Source: Candidatus Woesearchaeota archaeon (GTDB lineage: Archaea; Nanobdellota; Nanobdellia; Woesearchaeales; UBA583). From it: DNA of 32,000 nucleotides. This document shows, piece after piece, positions 17,864 to 25,681 of the stretch (within the stretch, counting starts at the first letter, position 1; each line of letters begins with the position of its first letter). The notes beneath the pieces were generated by a model. The model was not told the origin of the DNA. It saw nothing but the letters and a program-made list of their open reading frames with translations, and searched no databases. The DNA is taken from assembly GCA_965205335.1 (NCBI GenBank), contig OZ242164.1, positions 209,905 to 241,904 of the forward strand. The letters are read 5' to 3'. Position numbers and translations under genes: made by a program.

Positions 17864-18193
17864 ATGTCTATATTTGGAAAATCATGTTTTGAATGCGGGA
17901 AAAAAACAAAATCTCTTATCTGTGGAAAATGTCACAAATGCTACAAGAAATCCTATCCTCCTGTTAAAGAAATCAAACCAATTAATCTTAAAATATGCAA
18001 CCAATGTAAAAAAATCCATATCAACAATTCCCTTCACACTCTTGATGAAATCAAAAAAATTCTGCCAAACATAATGAAAAAAAAAATTACATTAAACGAA
18101 GGATACACACTAAAAAACATCTCCATAACAGACATAGGACTTGAAGGAAACAAATTAGTATTTAGTATGAAAATTAAAACTGATATAAAATAA
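17864..18193 (+). CDS. Small zinc-ribbon protein, NMD3 N-terminal-like
   Basis: CFECGKKTKSLICGKCHKC..(19 aa)..CNQCKK reproduces the CxxC-x9-CxxC...CxxC spacing of the NMD3 N-terminal domain. A TATA at 17836-17843 lies about 25 nt upstream of the ATG. It is only 109 aa. Confidence 0.4.
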   Translation: MSIFGKSCFECGKKTKSLICGKCHKCYKKSYPPVKEIKPINLKICNQCKKIHINNSLHTLDEIKKILPNIMKKKITLNEGYTLKNISITDIGLEGNKLVFSMKIKTDIK

Positions 18194-18257
18194 ACCTAAT
18201 ATTTCTTATCCCACAGTTAAAATAAATTCATATTAAACACCCATCACTTGTAACTTT

Positions 18258-18746
18258 ATGAATTTTCCTAATCCATTTAAGAAAAAAGAAGATAGAGAAT
18301 ATAAACTAAATACAACACATCTTCCATCACTAAGTGATATGGGAACAGACAAGCCACAAGAGAATCCTCTAAACTCTCCTGTTTCTGCAATGCCAACTTT
18401 TGGTTCTTCAAGTTCATTTGGGAGTACATCCCCTATCACTGATAAGCACGAGTACGATACACATGATTTTTCATCTTCAACACCAATTAAATCATTAAGT
18501 TCAGGGTTCAATCCTGAGCCAACAAACAACAGTTCAAATGAGAGCAACTCAGACAACAGCATCCACGTAGAAATAACTAAAACAAAAATTGACACACTTG
18601 AAGCAAAAATCACATTAATTGGAGCCAAACTAAATAATATAGAACAAAAATTAGAATTAATCTTTCAGATGATGGAAAACGAAGTATCAGAAGAAACCAG
18701 AAGAAAGATAAGGGTTGACTCAATGATGAACAAAATCAGGGGTTGA
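18258..18746 (+). CDS. Hypothetical protein, S/T/N-rich N-terminal half and coiled-coil C-terminal half
   Basis: 162-aa ATG ORF. Its composition is more gene-like than the overlapping antisense ORF 18233..18628, which is L/S/V/F-rich. Confidence 0.45.
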   Translation: MNFPNPFKKKEDREYKLNTTHLPSLSDMGTDKPQENPLNSPVSAMPTFGSSSSFGSTSPITDKHEYDTHDFSSSTPIKSLSSGFNPEPTNNSSNESNSDNSIHVEITKTKIDTLEAKITLIGAKLNNIEQKLELIFQMMENEVSEETRRKIRVDSMMNKIRG

Positions 18747-18782
18747 ATCTAAAGGATTTACAGTTAGTTAAAAACAAAAAAA

Positions 18783-19532
18783 TTATCTCATCTCATTCCA
18801 TTTCTTAGTTGAATACTTCTCTTCTGAAAGTTCCTTTGCTCTTATAATCTCTTCCTCACTATAATCCCTAATTTCCAGATTATACCTCTTTCTAAAAGAA
18901 TTCTCCAAAGCATTACAAACAGAATCAAAACCAACATCAACTTCATCACTAATCGAAGTTACCCTCTTCTTAACAGAACTTATTAATTTATCTGCAATCT
19001 TCTCCTTCCCAACACTCAAAAGAGAAAACATCTTGTCAACATCAACCTTAAACAAAAGAGTTCCGTGCTGAAGAAGTATCCCTTCCCTTCTTGTCTGAGC
19101 ACTTCCTGAAATCTTTCTTCCATTAACTATAATATCATTTATCGGAGAAAAAACTGCCTTTATCCCAATTTCAGACAAAGCATTAATTAACACATTGCAA
19201 ATCTCCTCATACGAGTCGCGAATATTTTTGCTAAAATAACTATCAGGAGCAATAACTGAATACGTAATCTCACCTAGTACATCATGATAAACTGCTCCTC
19301 CTCCAGTTCTTCGGCGAACAATATCAACCCCTTCTCTAATACATTCCTCCTCATTTACCTCAATATGATAACCTTGAAAATAACCAATAGAAATTGCAGA
19401 AGGTTTCCATGTATATATCCTGATTGTAGGATTTGACTTTTTAGAACGAACACTCTCGCAAATTGCCTCATCCAAAGCCATATTCATATAAGCATCAAAT
19501 TCCTTTTGCCTTATGAACCTAAACTTATTCAT
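18783..19532 (-). CDS. lplA: Lipoate-protein ligase A, catalytic (BPL_LplA_LipB) domain only
   Basis: RRTGGGAVYHD and GRKISGSAQ motifs. At 249 aa it lacks the C-terminal accessory domain, which is encoded by the upstream overlapping gene. Confidence 0.9.
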   Translation of the reverse strand: MNKFRFIRQKEFDAYMNMALDEAICESVRSKKSNPTIRIYTWKPSAISIGYFQGYHIEVNEEECIREGVDIVRRRTGGGAVYHDVLGEITYSVIAPDSYFSKNIRDSYEEICNVLINALSEIGIKAVFSPINDIIVNGRKISGSAQTRREGILLQHGTLLFKVDVDKMFSLLSVGKEKIADKLISSVKKRVTSISDEVDVGFDSVCNALENSFRKRYNLEIRDYSEEEIIRAKELSEEKYSTKKWNEMR

Positions 19533-19815
19533 TTGAAATCACCTCTAAAATTGCATTTGCAATATCATCTGAACTAACCCCAATTAAACTAGCATTTCTG
19601 CTTGAAAGAGCCCCATCAATCTTATCCTTTAACTCACCGCAAGAAATATCAGAACGAACGCCATTTAATACACTCTCAATATCAGTTATTGTTTCCTCTG
19701 GATGCAAAAAAAAATCCCCAGTAATCTTAATTTTCTCAATCTTAGAATCAAAATCCAAATCAATTCTAAACAACTTTCCTCCCTCAACCTTTTTCGTTAT
19801 AGTTTTTAAAACCAT
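19525..19815 (-). CDS. Lipoate-protein ligase C-terminal accessory domain protein (LplB-like)
   Basis: KIKITGDFFLHPEETITDIESVLNG is the Lip_prot_lig_C signature. The track start at 19911 is a TTG inside the lipA start region. The ATG at 19815 is preceded by a TATA on the minus strand. Its stop overlaps the lplA ATG (ATGAATAA). Confidence 0.7.
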   Translation of the reverse strand: MVLKTITKKVEGGKLFRIDLDFDSKIEKIKITGDFFLHPEETITDIESVLNGVRSDISCGELKDKIDGALSSRNASLIGVSSDDIANAILEVISNE

Positions 19816-19902
19816 AACTTTGCATATTCCATATATTTTATAAAATTTTCCAACTAACCCAAAGTAAAAGAACTTTATAATATCTAAAAAAATAAAAAGC
19901 AT

Positions 19903-20775
19903 ATGAAACAAAAGCCAGACTGGATAAGATACAAACTTTCTCTAAACAACGACTATTCCAAAATTAAAAATGCTTTAAGAAAAAGAGGATTAGTTACTGT
20001 ATGCGAAGAGGCAAGATGCCCAAACATTTCACAGTGCTGGGACAAAGAAGGAACTGCGACATTCATGCTCTTAGGGGATACATGCACAAGAGGATGTAAA
20101 TTCTGCGCCATTAAAACAGCAGTAAAAGGAAAGGAAATTGATAAAGATGAACCCTCAAAATTAGCCGATGCCATAGAAGAAATGGGGCTTGACTATGCAG
20201 TTTTAACAGTTGTTGACAGAGATGACTTAGAAGATGGAGGAGCAAACCACATAGCAAATTCAATCAGAAAAATAAAAGAAAAATCAGAAGCATTTGTTGA
20301 AATCTTATCAGGAGACTTTGCAGGAGATTTAGACAACCTAAAAATAGTTATTGACTCAAACCCAGACGTATTCGCTCATAATATTGAAACTATAAAAAGA
20401 CTTCAAAAAAAAGTAAGAGATCCAAGAGCTAATTATGAACAATCACTAATGATACTAAAACAAGCCAAGAAAATAAATCCTAACATAATAACAAAATCAT
20501 CAATAATCCTTGGATTTGGGGAAAATGAATTAGAAATATTCAAAACAATGATTGATTTAAGAAAAGTTGGCTGTGACATTTTAACACTTGGACAATATCT
20601 AAAACCAAAAAACTCAATACTTGATGTGTATGAATACATAACTCCTCAGAAATTCAATGACTACAAAATAATAGGAGAGAAATTAGGATTCAAATATGTT
20701 GCAAGTGCCCCATTTGTCAGGTCATCATATATGGCAGGGGAATTATTTGTTAAAAATATTTTACTAAACAAATAA
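19903..20775 (+). CDS. lipA: Lipoyl synthase (radical SAM)
   Basis: It has the N-terminal auxiliary-cluster motif CEEARCPNISQC and the radical-SAM motif CTRGCKFC. A TATA at 19871-19880 lies about 25 nt upstream. Confidence 0.95.
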   Translation: MKQKPDWIRYKLSLNNDYSKIKNALRKRGLVTVCEEARCPNISQCWDKEGTATFMLLGDTCTRGCKFCAIKTAVKGKEIDKDEPSKLADAIEEMGLDYAVLTVVDRDDLEDGGANHIANSIRKIKEKSEAFVEILSGDFAGDLDNLKIVIDSNPDVFAHNIETIKRLQKKVRDPRANYEQSLMILKQAKKINPNIITKSSIILGFGENELEIFKTMIDLRKVGCDILTLGQYLKPKNSILDVYEYITPQKFNDYKIIGEKLGFKYVASAPFVRSSYMAGELFVKNILLNK

Positions 20776-21072
20776 GAAAAATTCACCCTACTTAACAATA
20801 GAAATAAAAAATATGAAGCCCACAAACACTAACCCAAATGCTCATAGCAGGACTTAGACGTCATATACTTGCAAAAGGATCCTCTGTGGAGGGCTTTACA
20901 TCCCGTTGAAGAGTAACGAATTCTTCCATTGGGACAAACATAACAAACAATATCTATTATATAAAGATATTCCTTCAAATTACTTAAAGATAAGTGCCAT
21001 TAATTATACACAAGAAAATTTAACCACATCTCCATCATATTTCTGAAACACCAATAAAAATTTAGCCAGAAA

Positions 21073-21972
21073 CTAATCATAATGCTTTGTAGGAATCACA
21101 AAATAACCACAACCTAAATTTATATTATTATTTCCTGAATAATCCTCTGGCAAAGCAGGAAAACTCTCATTTATTATCTCAAACTCTTCATTCTCAGTCC
21201 TCCATTCCTGAATAATAACACCACTCACAGAATCTGTTGCAGAATCCGAAACTAAATAATTTATATTTCTCACAAAAAAATTTCCATACTTTGATGCAAG
21301 TCTTGAAAAAAAAGTCTGAACTCTATTTACTCTAACTCCAATTACTTCTCCTGCATCTCCAAAAAATCCTCCACTCAAATCAGGTGAATTAGGGAGTCTG
21401 TATATAAAATAATATACCATCAAATTCTCCCCTTCCAAAACTGATAAATCTGAAAGAACACCCTGAGACAAAGTTACATCATTCAAATTAGATGTCTCTT
21501 GTTCCTTAAACAAATCCTCATAATCTTCATCACCATAAATCTTCTCAAGTTTAGAACCCAAATCAGATATATCATTCTCTGCTTTTGCAAAACCACAAAA
21601 TACACATATACTTTTTCCATAAGAATTTGCCGCCATAATATCTCTTCCATTTGCCATCTTATAATAACAATCCTTAGACAACTCTGCCAAAGGTTCTACA
21701 TTTTTATTTCTTATCTCAATAGTCTTTGAAGGACAAGTACCTGCTAATGTCTTAATAAGAATTCCCTTAGGTTCTGTCAATCTATTAAAAAAAGTTTCAT
21801 CAGGTTTCATATTATCCACAAAAAAATTACACTCAATTAAAGATGACTCATATTTTGAATCTCCTATCTGAAAACTAATGAATATTACCAAAACAATAAA
21901 TGAAAATATAGCAATTATTATAAGTAGAATCTTTGAATAAACTACATTTCCTTTTCTATCTAACTTATTCAT
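21073..21972 (-). CDS. Hypothetical membrane-anchored/secreted protein
   Basis: An N-terminal TM/signal segment (ILLIIIAIFSFIVLVIFISF) is followed by a ~260-aa soluble region with several Cys. The ATG at 21972 overlaps the ftsY stop (ATGAATAA). The longer 21999 start is a TTG. Confidence 0.55.
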   Translation of the reverse strand: MNKLDRKGNVVYSKILLIIIAIFSFIVLVIFISFQIGDSKYESSLIECNFFVDNMKPDETFFNRLTEPKGILIKTLAGTCPSKTIEIRNKNVEPLAELSKDCYYKMANGRDIMAANSYGKSICVFCGFAKAENDISDLGSKLEKIYGDEDYEDLFKEQETSNLNDVTLSQGVLSDLSVLEGENLMVYYFIYRLPNSPDLSGGFFGDAGEVIGVRVNRVQTFFSRLASKYGNFFVRNINYLVSDSATDSVSGVIIQEWRTENEEFEIINESFPALPEDYSGNNNINLGCGYFVIPTKHYD

Positions 21973-23221
21973 CTTCAATATCAAATAACTGCCTTGCAAT
22001 TAATTTTGCATCAAATTCTAATAAATCATCATAACTCTGTCCATTGCCGAGAAAATATATAGGCCTATCTATTGAATACGCTGTTGTCACAATAGAGCCC
22101 GGCTTTTCATCCGTATCAACCTTTGTTAGAATTATACCATCAATCCCAACTCCCTTATCAAATAAATAAATCTGCTCTGTTAAATCATTTCCTGAAATTA
22201 AGTCCCCAATAAAAACTGCCATCTGAGAATTAGCTACCCTTCTAATTTTTTGCAGTTCCATCATTAAATTTGAATTATTGGGCATTCTTCCAGCAGTATC
22301 AATTAAAACAACATCTATTTTCTTTGCTTTTGCATGCTCAATTGCATCATACGCTACTGCTGCTGGGTCTGAACCTTCTTTGTGCAATATTAACCTAAAA
22401 TCCAAATTCTTTGAATGTTCCTCAAGTTGTTCAACAGCAGCAGCCCTAAAAGTATCAGATGCAGCAACCACAACAGACAAACCATTCTCCTTTAAGAAAT
22501 TAACAATCTTTGCAATTGTTGTTGTCTTTCCCGTGCCATTCACACCAAGAATTAAAATTTTAACAGGAGACTCTTCCTCTCTCACTTCATTCAACCTTTC
22601 TAAAAAATCCCCTTCCCTATCTTTAAGAATTGTTTCAACTTCCTCCTCTAACACACTCCTGATTTTTTGAGACAACTTAAACCTGTTAAAAGAATTATCC
22701 ACAAGTTCTTCTTTTAATCTCTGCCCTATTTTTTCAACCACTTCATAAGCTATATTAATCTCAAGCAAAAACAACTCAAGTTCTAACCAGATTCTATCAA
22801 AATCCTCCTCCTTTATCTTCTTTAACTTCAACTTTGTAAATACTTTTTTTAGAAACCCTTTTTTCTCTTCCTCTAAAACCTCTTGTTCTTCTTGCGTATT
22901 CTCCATGTCCTCTTCTATTTCTGCCAACTCCTCATCATCATAAGGCTCACCTACTTCATCTTTGGTTCTTGACCTTTTTCTATTCTGTCTCTTTGGTTCT
23001 TTTTTCTCATCAGAAACATCCTCTGAATCTTTTACATAATCATCCTCAAAATCTTCACTTTTCCTTTTTCCAAATATCCTCGACAAAATCCCCCTTTTCT
23101 CTTCTGGATTATCAGAAATTTCATCAACTGATACCTCCACTTCTTCATCAGGATTTTCCTCAATTATCTCCTCTGATTTCTCAAAAACATTCTTTAATTT
23201 GTCTTTTATCTTTCCAAACAT
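21965..23221 (-). CDS. ftsY: Signal recognition particle receptor FtsY with acidic N-terminal domain
   Basis: SRP GTPase motifs are G1 (GVNGTGKTTT), G3 (DTAGR) and G4 (TKVD). The N-terminal ~130 aa are D/E/K-rich. A TATA on the minus strand at about 23246-23256 lies about 30 nt upstream. Confidence 0.95.
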   Translation of the reverse strand: MFGKIKDKLKNVFEKSEEIIEENPDEEVEVSVDEISDNPEEKRGILSRIFGKRKSEDFEDDYVKDSEDVSDEKKEPKRQNRKRSRTKDEVGEPYDDEELAEIEEDMENTQEEQEVLEEEKKGFLKKVFTKLKLKKIKEEDFDRIWLELELFLLEINIAYEVVEKIGQRLKEELVDNSFNRFKLSQKIRSVLEEEVETILKDREGDFLERLNEVREEESPVKILILGVNGTGKTTTIAKIVNFLKENGLSVVVAASDTFRAAAVEQLEEHSKNLDFRLILHKEGSDPAAVAYDAIEHAKAKKIDVVLIDTAGRMPNNSNLMMELQKIRRVANSQMAVFIGDLISGNDLTEQIYLFDKGVGIDGIILTKVDTDEKPGSIVTTAYSIDRPIYFLGNGQSYDDLLEFDAKLIARQLFDIEDE

Positions 23222-23235
23222 CTAATACTTCCAAA

Positions 23236-23281
23236 CCTATTACATTTATAAGTCTTAAGATTAACTTACACGAATTAATTT
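23236..23281 (+). repeat. Left copy of a ~46-nt direct repeat (contains the ftsY TATA box)
   Basis: 23241-23280 and 26701-26740 match at 35 of 40 ungapped positions (hand alignment). A further CCTAT matches if a 2-nt indel is allowed. Confidence 0.7.
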
Positions 23282-23483
23282 AGAAATCTATTTTGAACAA
23301 TTTCAAAGCATATATAAAAAATTTATACTTATTTGTAACAAAACACTGTATATTTAAGTTACAATACCTCCTTCACTTCAACTTGTGAAATAATTACAAA
23401 AGTTTTCTCCCTATACTTCTATCAGCATATCATTATGCTATGTTATTGGAATTTCTTCTCCTATCCCAATATCTCTTCTGGTA

Positions 23484-24353
23484 TCACTTACTCTTCTTGA
23501 ACTTTATCTCCCAGAATTTGTTCTTCGTGTCAATTATGCATGTTTCCCCATATGGAATTGATATGTTAGGATTTATATGTCCAATCTTCTGGTTCATTAT
23601 AACAGGAATGCGAAAGTCCTTGAAAAACTCCCTTAAATAATCATTTATGTCTTCACTTGCCTCTCTGAAATCTCCTAAAATAACTCCCTTGACTGAATCA
23701 AATTTTCCTGCAAGTTTCAACTGCCATAAAATGTCATACACCCATGGTGATTCGCCCGTTAATTGTTCAAAGAATAAAATTTTCCCTTTTGTGTCAATCT
23801 CATAGGGAGTGCCAAGAGTTCTTCCAACGAGGATCGTGTTACCTCCAGTTATCTCTGCCTTTGCATATCCTTCAACAATCACACTATCATTTCCTTTTAT
23901 ACCAATCCTGTAATCTTCTCTATTAAGAGCCTTTTGAAGATAGTGAACAGTTTCCATACCTGGTCCTCTGGTAAAAAGACCTTTTGATGCTATGTTGGGT
24001 CCATGTATACACCTAACGTCTGTCCTTGAGTAAAGAGCCAAAAGCAGTATAGTTATATCACTGAACCCAATAAGTGTCTTAGGACTACTGATTTTATGAT
24101 AATTAATACTCTCAAGTATACTTACAGCTCCCATCCCTCCTCTTACTGGGAAAACAATATCTGACTTAGGGTCTGCAAGGGCTTTGTTGATTTCCTCTAT
24201 TCTTCTCTTAGGAGTTCCCGCATAATACAAGTATTTTTGGGTGATACCTTTCAAGTTCTTACATTCAAAACCAAGTCTGCGAACATTCTCCATTGCATTT
24301 TTCAACTTCTTATCCGTTATACTCCCTGAAGGGGCAATTAAATGCACTTTCAA
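23484..24353 (-). CDS. Peptidase S66 (LD-carboxypeptidase LdcA / MccF-like serine peptidase)
   Basis: Nucleophile motif GFSDITIL, acidic motif ILFFEQL and KIGHINPN (catalytic His region). It uses a TTG start (or the GTG at 24347) overlapping the upstream gene's TGA (TTGA). Confidence 0.85.
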   Translation of the reverse strand: MKVHLIAPSGSITDKKLKNAMENVRRLGFECKNLKGITQKYLYYAGTPKRRIEEINKALADPKSDIVFPVRGGMGAVSILESINYHKISSPKTLIGFSDITILLLALYSRTDVRCIHGPNIASKGLFTRGPGMETVHYLQKALNREDYRIGIKGNDSVIVEGYAKAEITGGNTILVGRTLGTPYEIDTKGKILFFEQLTGESPWVYDILWQLKLAGKFDSVKGVILGDFREASEDINDYLREFFKDFRIPVIMNQKIGHINPNISIPYGETCIIDTKNKFWEIKFKKSK

Positions 24354-25486
24354 ATTCGAGTCACCTCTTCAAAATTATGATCTCGTCTGGGAATTCTCTC
24401 ACTCAACACACTCCCAAGAGGAATTGGATGTAGTGCACCTCCCAAACCATTACCATGTTGGGGACTTCTCTTCCAGTCATCCCATCCAATGATGTGGTAA
24501 CTTCTACGTTCTTTTTGTCCAATTTGAGCCCTCCTTTCCACTGCATCAACAATATCTGGGTTAATATTAAGAATAACTTCAGTGTAACTCCCCTCTTTTC
24601 CTCTTATCCCATAAAGACTGCCTGCCCCTGAACCATTAAACTCAAGTACATTAGGTCCTCTGAAATCCACTGAACCGTAAATAATTTTTCTACCTGGAGG
24701 AGAATCCAGAAAACGTTCAACAACATCTACTTGATTCCTATCACGTGGTTCATCTATATAAACCTCTGAAACTCTCTCACTACCATAACCACCTTCCATG
24801 CAATTCACTCTTACCCTATTATGTATCCTTCCGTCTAATATAAAGTACCTAATTTCCTTGCTAGCAGGTACAAATCCCTCAAAACAATAATCTCCTAATC
24901 TTTCGCAACTATCAAAATATCCAGACACCTGCTCTGGAGAATCCAGAAATACAATTCCTTCTCCTCTTTCTCCTATTTGTGGCTTTGCTACAACTCTCTG
25001 TCCCGACCTGAGTATTCTCTCAAGGTCTTTGCGATTCTCAGGTTCCACAGAAGGCATGTATGGAAGATAAGGCCTAAGTACCTTCTTCTGTACATTCTTT
25101 AAACTGTACCAATTAACTTCAGGTGGATTAACCATCAGCCTATGATTCTTCGATAACATTTGAATTGCTCTTAAAAAATCCTTTGGCTTGCTTAAATCAC
25201 GCGTACCCCGCACAGTATCCTGCCCATATCCTTGCATAAAAAAAATGTCTCCTTCCGGTACACAATTTCTTCCCACTTGCTTAAACTTCCCATCATCTAA
25301 CCTGTGTATTCCACCAAAAATACCTCTCTTGGGATCCACAACATCATCTGAAAAAACAACTCTCATATCATGCCCTCTATTCTCAAACTCTTTGTATTTC
25401 CCAAGAATATACTCATAATCTCCGTTCACTTTCCCCTTAAAATAAGGTTCCAATCTTCTGTCTATAGACATAGTAACTCTGTTCAT
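24350..25486 (-). CDS. ATP-grasp family ligase (RimK-like fold), function unknown
   Basis: RVVAKPQIGERGEGIVFL (P-loop-like ATP-grasp segment), FEGFVPASKEIRYFILDGRI and GSVDFRGPNVLEFNGSG fit the ATP-grasp order. The protein is Arg/Gly/Pro-rich, unlike its neighbours. Confidence 0.7.
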   Translation of the reverse strand: MNRVTMSIDRRLEPYFKGKVNGDYEYILGKYKEFENRGHDMRVVFSDDVVDPKRGIFGGIHRLDDGKFKQVGRNCVPEGDIFFMQGYGQDTVRGTRDLSKPKDFLRAIQMLSKNHRLMVNPPEVNWYSLKNVQKKVLRPYLPYMPSVEPENRKDLERILRSGQRVVAKPQIGERGEGIVFLDSPEQVSGYFDSCERLGDYCFEGFVPASKEIRYFILDGRIHNRVRVNCMEGGYGSERVSEVYIDEPRDRNQVDVVERFLDSPPGRKIIYGSVDFRGPNVLEFNGSGAGSLYGIRGKEGSYTEVILNINPDIVDAVERRAQIGQKERRSYHIIGWDDWKRSPQHGNGLGGALHPIPLGSVLSERIPRRDHNFEEVTRI

Positions 25487-25647
25487 TCTTCTTCTCTAAA
25501 AATCTCCGAAATCAATCATTTTTGTTAAACTACACATTCTCTATACTCAGTCAATAAGCATCATATACTAGAATGTGCAATTTATACATTATAAGTATTC
25601 TTCATATAATATAATTTTTATGTATTAAATACTTGGAAATTTTGAAT

Positions 25648-25660
25648 AAACTTATAAATA
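25648..25660 (+). promoter_or_regulatory. BRE/TATA promoter element (AAACTTATAAATA) for the tandem-Lrp gene
   Basis: Same core as 9360-9372 and 14182-14194. The ATG at 25682 follows after about 20 nt. Confidence 0.55.
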
Positions 25661-25681
25661 AAGTAAAAATATACAAAATAT

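Noticed and set aside
17874-18074. A 66-aa alternate-frame ORF overlapping the zinc-ribbon gene
   Set aside because: It is nested entirely within the 17864..18193 ORF, which has the conserved Cys-pair pattern and the correctly spaced TATA box. The alternate frame shows no motif.
19522-19532. An identical 11-mer junction ATGAATAAGTT (rc of AACTTATTCAT) at two operon overlaps: lplB/lplA at 19522-19532 and ftsY/downstream gene at 21962-21972
   Set aside because: Both are simple GAA-TAA stop / ATG-AAT-AAG start overlaps. The shared sequence is explained by the common ..E* ending and MNK.. beginning in an AT-rich genome. It is too short to argue for duplication.
20776-21072. Possibility that the long gap next to the ftsY operon encodes the SRP (7S) RNA, 5S rRNA, RNase P RNA or a C/D box sRNA
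   Set aside because: I could not find the helix 8 GGAA tetraloop with flanking AGCAGC/CAGG elements. I also found no 5S loop motifs, no RNase P CR-I GAGGAAAGUCC, and no C (RUGAUGA) / D (CUGA) box pairs on either strand. The second half of the gap is plain AT-rich sequence. It is kept only as an unclassified candidate in the findings.
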